DNA of 64,000 nt from a virus (lineage: Duplodnaviria > Caudoviricetes), in the IMG/VR virus record IMGVR_UViG_2740892352_000003, positions 1 to 64,000 of that record. One strand, 5' to 3'. Shown here in pieces: positions 49,830-60,015 of the stretch (the first letter of the stretch is position 1; each line of letters starts with the position of its first letter). The position numbers and the translations under genes were made by a program. Below the pieces are notes generated by a model, which had not been told where the DNA came from, did not search any database, and was given only the letters and a program-made list of their open reading frames with translations.

Positions 49830-50125
49830 TTTATTTAGGAAATTTTATGGAGACAGATGAACAAAATATAAAATATATTGGGATGATACACTATAAACCA
49901 ACTTTACTATCAGAAGAAGAGTTAAAAAATGGAATTTTAATTGAGAAATTGCCAGTACAACAATATGTAGAAAATAAAGAAGCAAAGTTATTTATAAATA
50001 TAGATACTAAAGAGGTTTTCTATAGATATACAGATATTAAAAGTAGCATAGAAGATAAAGTAAATTCTACAGAACAAACAATAGCAGATTTAACATTTCA
50101 ATTAATGAGTAATGGGGTGATATAG
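49826..50125 (+). CDS. Tail fibre assembly/XkdW-like protein
   Basis: TEQTIADLTFQLM C-terminus; precedes XkdX. Confidence 0.6.
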   Translation: MIYLGNFMETDEQNIKYIGMIHYKPTLLSEEELKNGILIEKLPVQQYVENKEAKLFINIDTKEVFYRYTDIKSSIEDKVNSTEQTIADLTFQLMSNGVI

Positions 50126-50126
50126 T

Positions 50127-50264
50127 ATGAATTGGTATAAGATAATAACAGATTTCTATAATAATGGTAATTGGACTAAAGAGCAAGTTAAAACAGCAGT
50201 AGAAAAGAATAAGATAACAGCAAGTGAATATAAAGAAATAACAGGAGAGGACTACATAGTATAG
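50127..50264 (+). CDS. XkdX-family protein (45 aa)
   Basis: Manual translation MNWYKIITDFY...ITASEYKEITGEDY. Confidence 0.85.
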   Translation: MNWYKIITDFYNNGNWTKEQVKTAVEKNKITASEYKEITGEDYIV

Positions 50265-50378
50265 TCTTTTTTAATGTACAAAACAGATTAAAATCATAAT
50301 TTTAATTAGAAATTGAGTAAATAAGAGCCTTATTTTATAGACTCTTTTTATATTAATTGTTTTAAAGGAGTGGTAATT

Positions 50379-51194
50379 TTGAATATAAAAACACTGACAG
50401 TTCATGCAGGACACAACCCAGATGGTAAAGTAGGTTCTGGAGCAGTAGGAAATATAAAAGAATCTACAGAAGCAAGAAATGTACTAAAAGAGTTAATACC
50501 TTTATCTCAAAAGGAATGTAAAGTTTATGATTGTACATGTAACAATGGAACTTCTCAGAGTGATATATTGAATAAGATTATAGATAAATGTAATTCATAT
50601 AACACAGATTTAAATGTAAGTATCCATTTTAACAGTGGTGGTGGTCGAGGAGTAGAAGTTTTAGTTTATAATTTAAATGACAAAGAAACTGTTGAAATAG
50701 CATCAAGAATATGTAAAAAAATAACTGAAACTTATCATGCAAAAGGTGATAAAGATTTTAAAAATCGTGGAGTTAAAGAAAAGAAAACTCTAGCATTTTT
50801 AAGAAGAACGAAGGCAAAGTCAATTTTAGTTGAGTGCTGTTTTGTAGACACATCTGATACTAAAAAATATAATGCTAAAGATATGGCCATAGATATTTAT
50901 GAAGGAATATTTAATAAGTCTGTAGCTGGTAAACCACAAGATAACAAAGTGAAATATGCAATAGTTTATGAGGGTGAGGTAGATAAAGTTATAGCCCAAT
51001 TAATGGCCATGAATTATAAGACTAATGAAGTCTCTGTGTGTGATTTGGAAAATTATGTTCCTGGACATTGTGAAAACCTATATGTGATTGGTGGAGCATC
51101 CAGTAAAATTAAAACTAGCGAGAGATTCACTAAGTTACAAGGTGATGATAGATGGGCTACACTTCATAAAGTGTTAGATTTTATAGGCAAGTAG
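50379..51194 (+). CDS. Endolysin, N-acetylmuramoyl-L-alanine amidase (Amidase_3) + CD27L-like C-terminal domain
   Basis: HAGH, VSIHFNS, ILVECCFVD; IVYEGEVDK...LYVIGG. Confidence 0.93.
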   Translation: MNIKTLTVHAGHNPDGKVGSGAVGNIKESTEARNVLKELIPLSQKECKVYDCTCNNGTSQSDILNKIIDKCNSYNTDLNVSIHFNSGGGRGVEVLVYNLNDKETVEIASRICKKITETYHAKGDKDFKNRGVKEKKTLAFLRRTKAKSILVECCFVDTSDTKKYNAKDMAIDIYEGIFNKSVAGKPQDNKVKYAIVYEGEVDKVIAQLMAMNYKTNEVSVCDLENYVPGHCENLYVIGGASSKIKTSERFTKLQGDDRWATLHKVLDFIGK

Positions 51195-51205
51195 GAGGTA
51201 ATGAA

Positions 51206-51823
51206 TTGAATATATTAGATAAATCAACAGCTACACTAGAACAAGTCTTTTCGTATTTAGACACATTAAAAAATAACTCTAATCCACCACATTTTTTATG
51301 CAGAGCTATAGTACCAATTATATATAAAGAAGCAGAGAAAAAAGGTGTAAATCCAGTTATTGCAATTGCTCAAGCATTTGTAGAAACTGGATATTTTAAT
51401 TTTGGTAGAGTTTTAAATCCTTCTTATTGCAATGTGTGTGGTCTTAAAGGAAATAAAGGTGGAGGAGATTTAGACCCAACAGCTCATACAAGATTTAATT
51501 GTTGGGAGGATGGAGTATCAGCATTTATTGACCATCTAGCATTATATGCTGGAGCTAAGGGATATCCAAAATATAGTGAATTAGTTGGTAAAGTTGAATA
51601 TAAAGTCAATGGAACTACATTAGACCCTAGACATTTTTCATATCTACATGGAGAGGCTAAAACAGTTGAAAGCTTATCAGGTAAATGGTGTCCAGATATG
51701 AATTATGGCCAAAACATAATAAATATATGTAATAAGATAAATTCAATGAAGGTAGAAAACAATGATGTAAAATTAGAGCAAATAAAAACTAAAGTAAAAG
51801 AATTAAATGAGATTCTTGGATAG
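51206..51823 (+). CDS. Glucosaminidase-family peptidoglycan hydrolase
   Basis: AIAQAFVETGY, NVCGLK, FIDHLALYA, LSGKW. Confidence 0.85.
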   Translation: MNILDKSTATLEQVFSYLDTLKNNSNPPHFLCRAIVPIIYKEAEKKGVNPVIAIAQAFVETGYFNFGRVLNPSYCNVCGLKGNKGGGDLDPTAHTRFNCWEDGVSAFIDHLALYAGAKGYPKYSELVGKVEYKVNGTTLDPRHFSYLHGEAKTVESLSGKWCPDMNYGQNIINICNKINSMKVENNDVKLEQIKTKVKELNEILG

Positions 51824-51834
51824 GAGGAAATCAC

Positions 51835-52086
51835 ATGGATATAATGCAATTTATACCTGAAAATTTAATAATGTTAATAGGTGGGCTTTACATATTAGGA
51901 ACATTTATAAAAGAATCTAATATTAAAAATAAATACATACCTTTTATATTGTTAGTTATAGCAATGATAAGTAGTTGTTTGTTTATGAAAGAGCTGTCAA
52001 TAGAAGCTGTCTTTGAAGGTATTTTATGTTGGGGTGCATCTATAGGAATAAATCAAATACAAGTGCAAAACAGAAAGGATAAGTAG
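51835..52086 (+). CDS. Phage holin-family protein
   Basis: FIPENL...KYIPFILL...EGIL, TM segments. Confidence 0.8.
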   Translation: MDIMQFIPENLIMLIGGLYILGTFIKESNIKNKYIPFILLVIAMISSCLFMKELSIEAVFEGILCWGASIGINQIQVQNRKDK

Positions 52087-52398
52087 ATGTTATCAAAAGA
52101 AATGGTTGAATTACTAAGTCAATATGGATATACAGCTATACTTTTAATGGTACTGATGTTATGGCTTGGAAAATATTTAGAGAAAAATAGACAACTAGAA
52201 CAAGATGATAGAAAAAAGGAAAGAGCTTATTTTTCAAGAGAAATTAAAGAGCAGAGAACTTTATTCGGTAATACAATAGATAAGTTTGATGATAAATTAG
52301 ATAAATTTGCTGAAGCATTAAATACTAATAACAGTAGACTTGAAAGAGTTGAAACAGACATAACAAAAATTAAAGATAAATTAGAGACTAGAGATTAA
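52087..52398 (+). CDS. BhlA/UviB-like holin-associated membrane protein
   Basis: LLSQYG TM helix followed by coiled coil. Confidence 0.6.
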   Translation: MLSKEMVELLSQYGYTAILLMVLMLWLGKYLEKNRQLEQDDRKKERAYFSREIKEQRTLFGNTIDKFDDKLDKFAEALNTNNSRLERVETDITKIKDKLETRD

Positions 52399-52423
52399 TT
52401 TCTCTAGTCTTTTTTATAAGGAA

Positions 52424-53368
52424 GTGAAGTATTTGGCAAAACAACGCAGTAAAAGAATAAGCATAAATGGAGAACCAAATCCAGAGAATATTAAATTATG
52501 GAAGCAATACAAAAGAGCAAAACAAATAGCTGGGAAAAGTGAAAAAACAATATATAATTATGAATGTGATATAATGCAATTTTTTAAGTTTTTAAATATA
52601 GAATGTTTTGATGCATTACTAACTGATATAAATGAAGAAGAAATAGAAGCTTATATAGGTTATTGTATGGAACAGGGAAATAATGAAAAAAGAATTAGAC
52701 GTAGAATAAGTTCAATTTCATCATTGCTATCATTTTTAAAGAAGAAGAGGAAAATTACTGACAACTGGTGTGAAATGATAGAAAGACCAGGAACAGGCGA
52801 AGAAGTTCAGAAAAGAACTTTTTTAACTGAAGAACAGTTAAGCAAATTAAAAGAAAAGCTTTCAGAGCAAGACAATTTACAGTTAGAAGTTTATATAAAT
52901 TTAGGATTGGCTACAATGGCTAGAAGTAATGAGATAAGTCAATTTAGATGGGACAATATAGATTTAGATAATAGATGGATTCATGGTATTACAGCCAAAG
53001 GTGGAGTTTCAAGAGATTTTAGATTTTCAGAAGAAGTCCAGCATCTATTAATAGAATGGAAGGATTATCTATCTCAAAATAATATAGATTATCCGTATAT
53101 ATTCTTTACAAGATATGGAGGCAAATACAATCAAGTCAATTCAAATGTCTTAAGTTCATGGGTTAAAAAAGCTTTCAGGTTAATTGGTATAGAAGGTGGA
53201 TATAATCATGACCTTAGACATAGTATGTCTAATCTTTTAAAAGACAGAGGAGTTCCAATAACTACAGTTTCAAAATTGCTTGGCCACAGTGGGGTTGATG
53301 TAACTATAAATCACTACACAATAGAAAATAAAAATAAATTAGCTGAGGAATATGATAAGTTTATGTAA
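52424..53368 (+). CDS. XerC/D-like tyrosine recombinase
   Basis: SAM-like N-terminus, MARSNE, HDLRH, LLGH, TINHY. Confidence 0.9.
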   Translation: MKYLAKQRSKRISINGEPNPENIKLWKQYKRAKQIAGKSEKTIYNYECDIMQFFKFLNIECFDALLTDINEEEIEAYIGYCMEQGNNEKRIRRRISSISSLLSFLKKKRKITDNWCEMIERPGTGEEVQKRTFLTEEQLSKLKEKLSEQDNLQLEVYINLGLATMARSNEISQFRWDNIDLDNRWIHGITAKGGVSRDFRFSEEVQHLLIEWKDYLSQNNIDYPYIFFTRYGGKYNQVNSNVLSSWVKKAFRLIGIEGGYNHDLRHSMSNLLKDRGVPITTVSKLLGHSGVDVTINHYTIENKNKLAEEYDKFM

Positions 53369-53387
53369 ATTGAAAGGAAGTGATATA

Positions 53388-53429
53388 ATGGCATGTAAAG
53401 GTCGTAAAAAAGGTAAGAAAAAGAGATAG
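53388..53429 (+). CDS. 13-aa basic micropeptide MACKGRKKGKKKR
   Basis: AAAGGAAGTGAT RBS, ATG 53388, TAG 53429, terminator downstream. Confidence 0.45.
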   Translation: MACKGRKKGKKKR

Positions 53430-53628
53430 ATAAATAATAAGCCCTTTAAGGATTACTCTTAAATGAGTTTTCTTTAAAGGGCTTTATTTTTTTGTCTACA
53501 ATAGCTTCTTATTAAATATATACATGCTTATATAACATATATTTAATAATATTATATGTTATATAAGTATATTTTTGACATGTATAACATATCATTAAGA
53601 TAAATAAACTAATATAATCTAATAAGGA

Positions 53629-53991
53629 ATGATAAAAATGTTAGAAGAAGATGAAATATATAATGTAATTGGTAAAAGAATAAGAAATTATAGAAGAAAA
53701 GCAGGGTATAATCAAAATACATTAGCAAAAAAGGCTGGTTTATTTCCTGCTTATATTGGTCAAATTGAAAGAGGTGAAAGTAAAGCATCACTTCGTTCAA
53801 TTTTTAAAATTGCAAATGCATTAGAGATACCTTTAGAAGTTTTATTTGAAAATATTATACAGAATGAAAATGATGTTGAAACTCTTTCGTCTGAAGCTTA
53901 TGAGTTAATTGATAGTTTAACAGTAAAAGAACAAAAAGCGATAATTAGATTGATAAAAGAAATAATTGAATATCGAAAATTTGAAGAATAA
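53629..53991 (+). CDS. XRE HTH regulator
   Basis: IGKRIRNYR...YIGQIERGE...IANALEI. Confidence 0.9.
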   Translation: MIKMLEEDEIYNVIGKRIRNYRRKAGYNQNTLAKKAGLFPAYIGQIERGESKASLRSIFKIANALEIPLEVLFENIIQNENDVETLSSEAYELIDSLTVKEQKAIIRLIKEIIEYRKFEE

Positions 53992-54128
53992 AAATTTAAT
54001 AAAGAAGATGTCTCAATCTTAAGACATCTTCTTTTACTTTATGTTAATATATACTTATAACATATATTTTATTATTTTAATGTCTATATATGTTGATATT
54101 TTAATTGCAGAAAGGAATGTACATATCC

Positions 54129-54449
54129 ATGCAAAAAATACCACAAGCTGAATTAAAAGTTATGAAATTCATATGGAATAAGAATGATATAGTAACATCA
54201 AAAGAAGTTATGGAAGCTATGGAATTAGAATATAACTGGAAGGCGACAACTACACTAACTCTTCTTTCAAGACTCACTATTAAACGTTTTTTAGATTCTG
54301 AGAGGATAAAAAGAATTACACATTATACAATACTTATTACAAAAGAAGAATATAAAATATTTGAAACAAAGAGATTTTTAGAAGAAGTACATTCTAATTC
54401 TATAGAAAGCTTAATTAGTTCTTTAGAGGATTGTTATAAGAATAAATAA
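54129..54449 (+). CDS. BlaI/MecI/CopY-family repressor
   Basis: IPQAELKVMKFIW...WKATTTLTLLSRL..K.FL. Confidence 0.88.
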   Translation: MQKIPQAELKVMKFIWNKNDIVTSKEVMEAMELEYNWKATTTLTLLSRLTIKRFLDSERIKRITHYTILITKEEYKIFETKRFLEEVHSNSIESLISSLEDCYKNK

Positions 54450-54529
54450 AGAAGTGAACTTTTATTATATACAAGAAGTTTTTGTAATGATATAATTAGT
54501 ACAATGTATTCTTATAGGAGGAATAAAAA

Positions 54530-54961
54530 ATGAACGAATTACAAACTAAAAAAGATTTGATAATTGAAACTTTAAAGGACTTTAATCTTATAGATTCATT
54601 TAAAATTGATGAACTTAAAAGTAGTAGGACTATAGCATTTAAAGCAGTACATAATTTAGAAAAAAGTAAAGGAATTGTATTTTTAATCATTAATGAAACG
54701 GTGTATTCAACTGCATCAATATATTTTGCTACTTTAGAAAATGTATCTAAGAAAGAAAATGTTTTAGATTTAATAAATAATTTAAATTTAGAATACAAAG
54801 GTTTTAAATATTTTATTAATAGAGAAAATGAAATAGGAGTACAGATTTCTTATATAGCAGACTCTAAAAGTTTTAATGCTGAATTATTTATTAATATATT
54901 TCAAGCTATGTACCAAACATTAGTAGACGAGACCTATTCTAAATTTATAGAAATAATTTAA
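54530..54961 (+). CDS. YbjN-like protein
   Basis: VLDLINNLNLEYKGFKYFI pattern. Confidence 0.55.
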   Translation: MNELQTKKDLIIETLKDFNLIDSFKIDELKSSRTIAFKAVHNLEKSKGIVFLIINETVYSTASIYFATLENVSKKENVLDLINNLNLEYKGFKYFINRENEIGVQISYIADSKSFNAELFINIFQAMYQTLVDETYSKFIEII

Positions 54962-55211
54962 TAAAATAAACATTCCTTTTATTAACATTTATTATAGTTT
55001 AATGTAATATAAATCAAAGGAGTGTTTATTTTATTTTGAAAATTATTCCTTAAATTCCCATTTAAGGAATAGTATATATAAAACATAGAACTTATTAAAA
55101 GTACTCTCTTTCATAGTATGTAATTAAAAATAAGTTATTTTGTACATTATGATTTCTTATATTTAATGGTATAATAAGATTAAATATAAGAATGTTGAAA
55201 GGAATGATATT

Positions 55212-55433
55212 ATGAAATTGCCTGAATTAGAGATTAATATAAGTATATCAATACCAATTTTTTTAGTTATCTCTTATTTGGCTATAGTTTCTATAGTAAT
55301 GCTAGGGATATCAGCTTTAAATAACTTTACTAATATAACATCAGTACCTATAAATGCTTTAGGTTCAACAGTTGGATTTGTTATATTTCAACTTTTAGTT
55401 AGTTTTTTTGAAAATAGAAAAATTACAGATTAA
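55212..55433 (+). CDS. Small membrane protein
   Basis: Two TM segments, own TGGTATAAT promoter. Confidence 0.55.
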   Translation: MKLPELEINISISIPIFLVISYLAIVSIVMLGISALNNFTNITSVPINALGSTVGFVIFQLLVSFFENRKITD

Positions 55434-55489
55434 ATGTTATTTACATGAAATTTTGTTTTAATATTCTTAATTTGTGGTATAATAAAAGC

Positions 55490-55610
55490 AAGGAAACATA
55501 TTTTACTTAACTTTGAGTGATGTTTCCAAACTAAATTAGTTTATTTGGATTTTCTTTGGAACTTAATATTAAGTTCCCAGCCACTCTTAGTCGCGTTTGA
55601 GTGGCTTTTT
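55490..55610 (+). ncRNA. Antisense antitoxin RNA
   Basis: TGGTATAAT 55475-55483; AGCCACTC/GAGTGGCT hairpin + T-run 55579-55610. Confidence 0.7.
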
Positions 55611-55672
55611 AATTTATCGTAGATATAACTAGCTATAACACCAGCTATAATACTCATCATTAGATTTTCCAT
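55541..55672 (-). CDS. Type I TA toxin peptide, 43 aa
   Basis: AAGGAGGTG RBS; MENLMMSIIAGVIASYIYDKLKSHSNATKSGWELNIKFQRKSK. Confidence 0.82.
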   Translation of the reverse strand: MENLMMSIIAGVIASYIYDKLKSHSNATKSGWELNIKFQRKSK

Positions 55673-55854
55673 AGTTTTTCACCTCCTTTCATAAGAAAGT
55701 GAGGAAATTTCTATGGAAACACCACTCACAGCTTTTTCAAATATTTATTCCTTGCTATGTTTATTATATCATAAATATTGGAAATATAAAATTTTAATAT
55801 TTTCTAAAATCTGACGCTTTAAACGCCATTCTAAGGCTTTATAAAAATTTACCT

Positions 55855-57699
55855 TTATATTTGTACCTTTGTTTTTTTATCATACAAATTATATATTGGA
55901 TATAATTTAAATTTATTCAATAATTCTTTACTCATATTATTCATATTATTTTTAGCTTCTTCATACTTTTCAATTAATATATTTATCGCACATTGAATCA
56001 TTATGTCTTTTGAGTTTTTTCTTTTAATATTATCTAAATCAAGTATTTCATCAATGCTAAAATTTCTAATCCTTTTTATTATTTGATATTTATTAATTTT
56101 GTTTATATCTACATCAACTTCATTTTCTATCCATTCTAATAACTCTAGTGCCTCAATTAAATATTCTTTAATAAGTATTTTATCATAGTATTTAATTAAT
56201 TCTAAAATATATGACATGACTCTATCTGTATACTCTGGTGTTTTTTTATATTTTTTAATATTTATAGTTGCTTTACTTACATAGAAATTAATACTATCCA
56301 TATCATTATAATTTAAAAGTATATATGGACTGCATTGCATGTCTCCTTCTCTTTGAGTAATAGTAAGGTTATTTTTTTTATCAAAAATATTAATAAGATT
56401 CCAACTATTATCTGTTTCTATCTTATATAAGATTATTTTCTTTTCATTAATTTTCATATATGCAAATCCTGAATGTTTACTCATATTCTTTTTTTTAATT
56501 GTTTTATTATTAATAAATATACTTATAAGTGTATTTATCTTCCCATAATCTTCCTGAGACATATTATCTAATAAGAAATTTTCTTGTTTTATTTCAAGCA
56601 TCTCTAATAGATTCTTAAAATCTTCAAAAAATAATATATTTTCTATTAAATCATTTTCTTCGCATGGCATAGTTTTTAAATCTAAATCAATAAGTTTATC
56701 TTTTGTTGAAAATTCTTTTATAAGTACTTTTTTATGTTTAAATATATCTAATAACATCTTTAAATTATTTAAATGACTATCAACAGTTCCACTTGGTTCT
56801 TTTATCGTAAAATTTATATCAATAGACTTATTGATTAATTTCTCATCTAATATACGGTAAATATAAATAACAATAAAATTATTGATAGTTATTTTGTGAT
56901 TGGTTTTATTTACTGTTGATATATATTCATTATTTTTATAAATATTATTTTTTATAAAAATATCTACAATAGTTTTTGTATTTAATTCTTTAAGATACAA
57001 TTTATTCACACAAGGTAAATCAATTGTATCTAAATCTTCATGTTTAAGTGGTTTGTAAGCATACACACTTCTATTAAATAAATCATATCTATTATCTATT
57101 TCTGCAATATCTATTGAAATCTCTTTGTCTCTTTCACTTAGTTCTATTTGTTTATCTACTAAATTTTTTGTTTGTTTATTTATATTACGATAAAACGAAT
57201 TAACTATTCTTTCAAAATGATTATTTTCAGGTCTTAGTTCATATAGCTCTACAGACTTGGTCAATTGATTTTTCTTCGTTCTATCTATTTCATTTAATAT
57301 ATTTATCAAATCAACTGGAAGTAAATTTCTATAATAAACTTTTATTTTGTTAACACTTTTAATTTCAACAACAAATAAAATAACACCTTCATTATTGTAG
57401 TAGTTTCTTAAATCACTAACATCCATTGAAAAAGTTCTTTTTTTGCCACTTAACTTTTTTACCTCCTTTGCTTTAAGTTGTATATTTATTTTTCTTAATA
57501 AATTTTCTTTTTTATTATCTAAACAATTTTCCTTCTCAATTTTATTTTTTTCATATAAAAATAGTTCTCCGTCCCAAGATGGTGTTTTGTCATTTGATTG
57601 AATATTTGCTTCAATATTTCCCGCAATCGCACATAATTTTTGAATCTCAGCAATAGATAAATTTTCCTTGTGTATATTTGAAATCTTACTTGTTCCCAT
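55855..57699 (-). CDS. DUF4365-like PD-(D/E)XK nuclease-domain protein
   Basis: NDKTPSWDG...INIQLK N-terminal motif; very AT-rich; next to integrase. Confidence 0.7.
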   Translation of the reverse strand: MGTSKISNIHKENLSIAEIQKLCAIAGNIEANIQSNDKTPSWDGELFLYEKNKIEKENCLDNKKENLLRKINIQLKAKEVKKLSGKKRTFSMDVSDLRNYYNNEGVILFVVEIKSVNKIKVYYRNLLPVDLINILNEIDRTKKNQLTKSVELYELRPENNHFERIVNSFYRNINKQTKNLVDKQIELSERDKEISIDIAEIDNRYDLFNRSVYAYKPLKHEDLDTIDLPCVNKLYLKELNTKTIVDIFIKNNIYKNNEYISTVNKTNHKITINNFIVIYIYRILDEKLINKSIDINFTIKEPSGTVDSHLNNLKMLLDIFKHKKVLIKEFSTKDKLIDLDLKTMPCEENDLIENILFFEDFKNLLEMLEIKQENFLLDNMSQEDYGKINTLISIFINNKTIKKKNMSKHSGFAYMKINEKKIILYKIETDNSWNLINIFDKKNNLTITQREGDMQCSPYILLNYNDMDSINFYVSKATINIKKYKKTPEYTDRVMSYILELIKYYDKILIKEYLIEALELLEWIENEVDVDINKINKYQIIKRIRNFSIDEILDLDNIKRKNSKDIMIQCAINILIEKYEEAKNNMNNMSKELLNKFKLYPIYNLYDKKTKVQI

Positions 57700-57743
57700 A
57701 GAATATAGCCACCTCCTTTGATAACCTATTATATATTATACCA

Positions 57744-58856
57744 TTAATTAGCTTTGAATAAATTTTCAGATATTCTATCTGAAGCTTCTTTATCCATTTC
57801 TTTAAGTACATGAGAATATACATTAAGAGTAGTATTAATATTTGAATGTCCCACCCTTTCAGATATAACCTTTATAGGTACTTTAGAATTTATAAGTAAA
57901 GTAACATGTGAATGTCTTAAGTCATGAAATCTAATATGAGGTAAATCATTGTTCTCTAAGAATTTTCTAAATTTCTTACTCATTACATCTTCAGCAATTG
58001 GATTCCCTTTTCTATCAAAAAATAGTAAGTTATATTCATTTCTAACAATACTTCTCAATAACTTCTTATTCTGCTCCAGCCTATAATTTTTTAGTAAATT
58101 CATAAGCTCTATTGGTGCAAATATTTTTCTAACAGAGCTTTCTGTCTTTGGCTCTTTAAGTATAACAGAACCATCTAATCTACTAGTTATCTTATTTACT
58201 GTTATTGTATTTTCATCAAAATCAATATTATCCCAAGTTAATCCCAAAACTTCTGAAAGTCTTAATCCTAGACCTATAGCTAAACTAATAGGAAGCTCCA
58301 TATTAGTTCCTTTAGCTAACTTTAATAATTTTAACATTTGTTCTTTATCATAAATTTCATTTTTAAATTTTTTAATTCTTGGACTTTCTATACCATCTAT
58401 AATATTTTCTTTTATTAACTTAATTCTATACGCTCTCTTTATTGCAAGTCTCAATACATTTATATGTACTTTAATAGTTTGAGGGTTTAAGTTACCAGCT
58501 AAATCATCTACATAATTCTGTATATGAATATTTCTCAACTCTTGAAGACGATATTTTCCAATAGAAGGATTAATATGATTTTTACAAATAGCAATGTAAC
58601 TTTTATATGTAGATGCCGAAATATTATCTTTATATTTTTCAAGAAAGTCTAATATAAATCCAGCTAGAGTGATTTCATTTGGAACAAGAAAACTATCTTT
58701 ATATATACTGTCCTTAACTTCAGCCAATCTTTTATTAGCATCTCTCTTTTTATCAAAAGCTCCCATATTCTTTTGTTTTCTTTTTCCTGATTCATCATCT
58801 CTAAATTCTAAGTACACTACATAATTTTTATTTCTTTTTCTTATAAAAGCGTTCAT
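57744..58856 (-). CDS. Phage integrase (tyrosine recombinase with arm-binding domain)
   Basis: GLRLSEVLGLTW, PKTESS, RFHDLRH, VGHS, TLNVY. Confidence 0.95.
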   Translation of the reverse strand: MNAFIRKRNKNYVVYLEFRDDESGKRKQKNMGAFDKKRDANKRLAEVKDSIYKDSFLVPNEITLAGFILDFLEKYKDNISASTYKSYIAICKNHINPSIGKYRLQELRNIHIQNYVDDLAGNLNPQTIKVHINVLRLAIKRAYRIKLIKENIIDGIESPRIKKFKNEIYDKEQMLKLLKLAKGTNMELPISLAIGLGLRLSEVLGLTWDNIDFDENTITVNKITSRLDGSVILKEPKTESSVRKIFAPIELMNLLKNYRLEQNKKLLRSIVRNEYNLLFFDRKGNPIAEDVMSKKFRKFLENNDLPHIRFHDLRHSHVTLLINSKVPIKVISERVGHSNINTTLNVYSHVLKEMDKEASDRISENLFKAN

Positions 58857-59144
58857 GGTTATCCCTCCTATGAAAATTCATATACTTATTATACCATACA
58901 GAGGAGGCAAAGAATAGTCATTTTAGCTGACTTTCAACTGACTTTTTTAATTCTTTTATTTATATAATTATTGAAATTACTTAGTTGTAAAGAAATAAGA
59001 CATAGAATACACAATTCTATGTCTTATACTAGTAATTTATTATTTTTTTATATTTTGCGTTTTAAGCAATCAAATTTCTGAATAGGATTAATTATAAGTA
59101 TTAATTTTTACAAAGCCTTAAAATCGAATTTAAGAGGTTGTTTT

Positions 59145-59903
59145 TTATTTTCTAGTATATTTACATTTTGGATATTGACTACATCCCCAAAATTCACCAT
59201 ACTGACCTTTTCTTTTAATCAAATGTCCAATTTGACATCTAGGACATTTATCCTCTTCAGTAATATTTTTTAAATTTCTAACATGCTCTCTAGTATTTTG
59301 ATTAGTGGTTTTCATACAATCAAAAATTTTATCTCTGATAATTTTTATTTCTTCTTTATCAATAGTCATATCTTTGTATCTACTTATTGTACTTAATATT
59401 TCGCTTTCATTTATAGCTCTAATATTATTTCCACTTATCATTACATTTTTTAGTGTAGCTTTGTCTGAAAAAACAATTATTGAATATATATTATATTTAT
59501 TTCCTATTATATTTTCTATTGCTTTAATATGAGCATAATTTTGTCTTACCGGATTATAGAATGTACTTTTAGTTTTCCCTACAATTTGAGTCCATACTTT
59601 ATCTTTATCATTTCCGTAAATATATCCACTAAAATTTTTACATTCTATAACAAATATTCCATACATAGAAATCACAATACTATCAATTTGTGTAGTCTTA
59701 TTTGAGCCTGGTACAATAATGTCTTTAATTATTATGTAATCTTTGCCTAATCTGCTAAGTATAAAATCTAATCTAAGTTCTCCAAGTCCACCTTTTACTT
59801 GTATCTTAGTATCCTTAATAATATTATTAACTTCTTTTACAGTTTTACTAACCTCTTCTGACATAAATACCTTTTTAAATATCTCCTTAAACATCCTCAT
59901 CAT
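59145..59903 (-). CDS. NERD nuclease domain + topoisomerase C4 Zn-ribbon protein
   Basis: QIDSIVIS..GIFVIECKN, NPVRQN..H; CPRC...FWGCSQYPKC. Confidence 0.9.
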   Translation of the reverse strand: MMRMFKEIFKKVFMSEEVSKTVKEVNNIIKDTKIQVKGGLGELRLDFILSRLGKDYIIIKDIIVPGSNKTTQIDSIVISMYGIFVIECKNFSGYIYGNDKDKVWTQIVGKTKSTFYNPVRQNYAHIKAIENIIGNKYNIYSIIVFSDKATLKNVMISGNNIRAINESEILSTISRYKDMTIDKEEIKIIRDKIFDCMKTTNQNTREHVRNLKNITEEDKCPRCQIGHLIKRKGQYGEFWGCSQYPKCKYTRK

Positions 59904-60015
59904 CTACCTTTCGACATATATTTTAATTATAACAGCTATATATGCCTTAAGTGATATAATAAATTTATTATTTAAAATAAAATCAACTACTTTAAAAAGT
60001 AGTTGATTAATTGCT

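Larger units (their letters stand above)
1..50264 (+). mobile_element. Temperate myovirus prophage (phiC2/phiCD630-like, PBSX/Xkd tail); left end lies outside window
   Basis: Canonical module order: cargo/cI (-), cro, replication, late activator, terS/terL, portal, head, sheath/tube, TMP, baseplate, fibres, XkdX. Confidence 0.95.

Noticed and set aside
50949-51194. Internal translation start for the endolysin C-terminal domain as in CD27L/CTP1L
   Set aside because: A GTG is at the right place but no clear Shine-Dalgarno precedes it.
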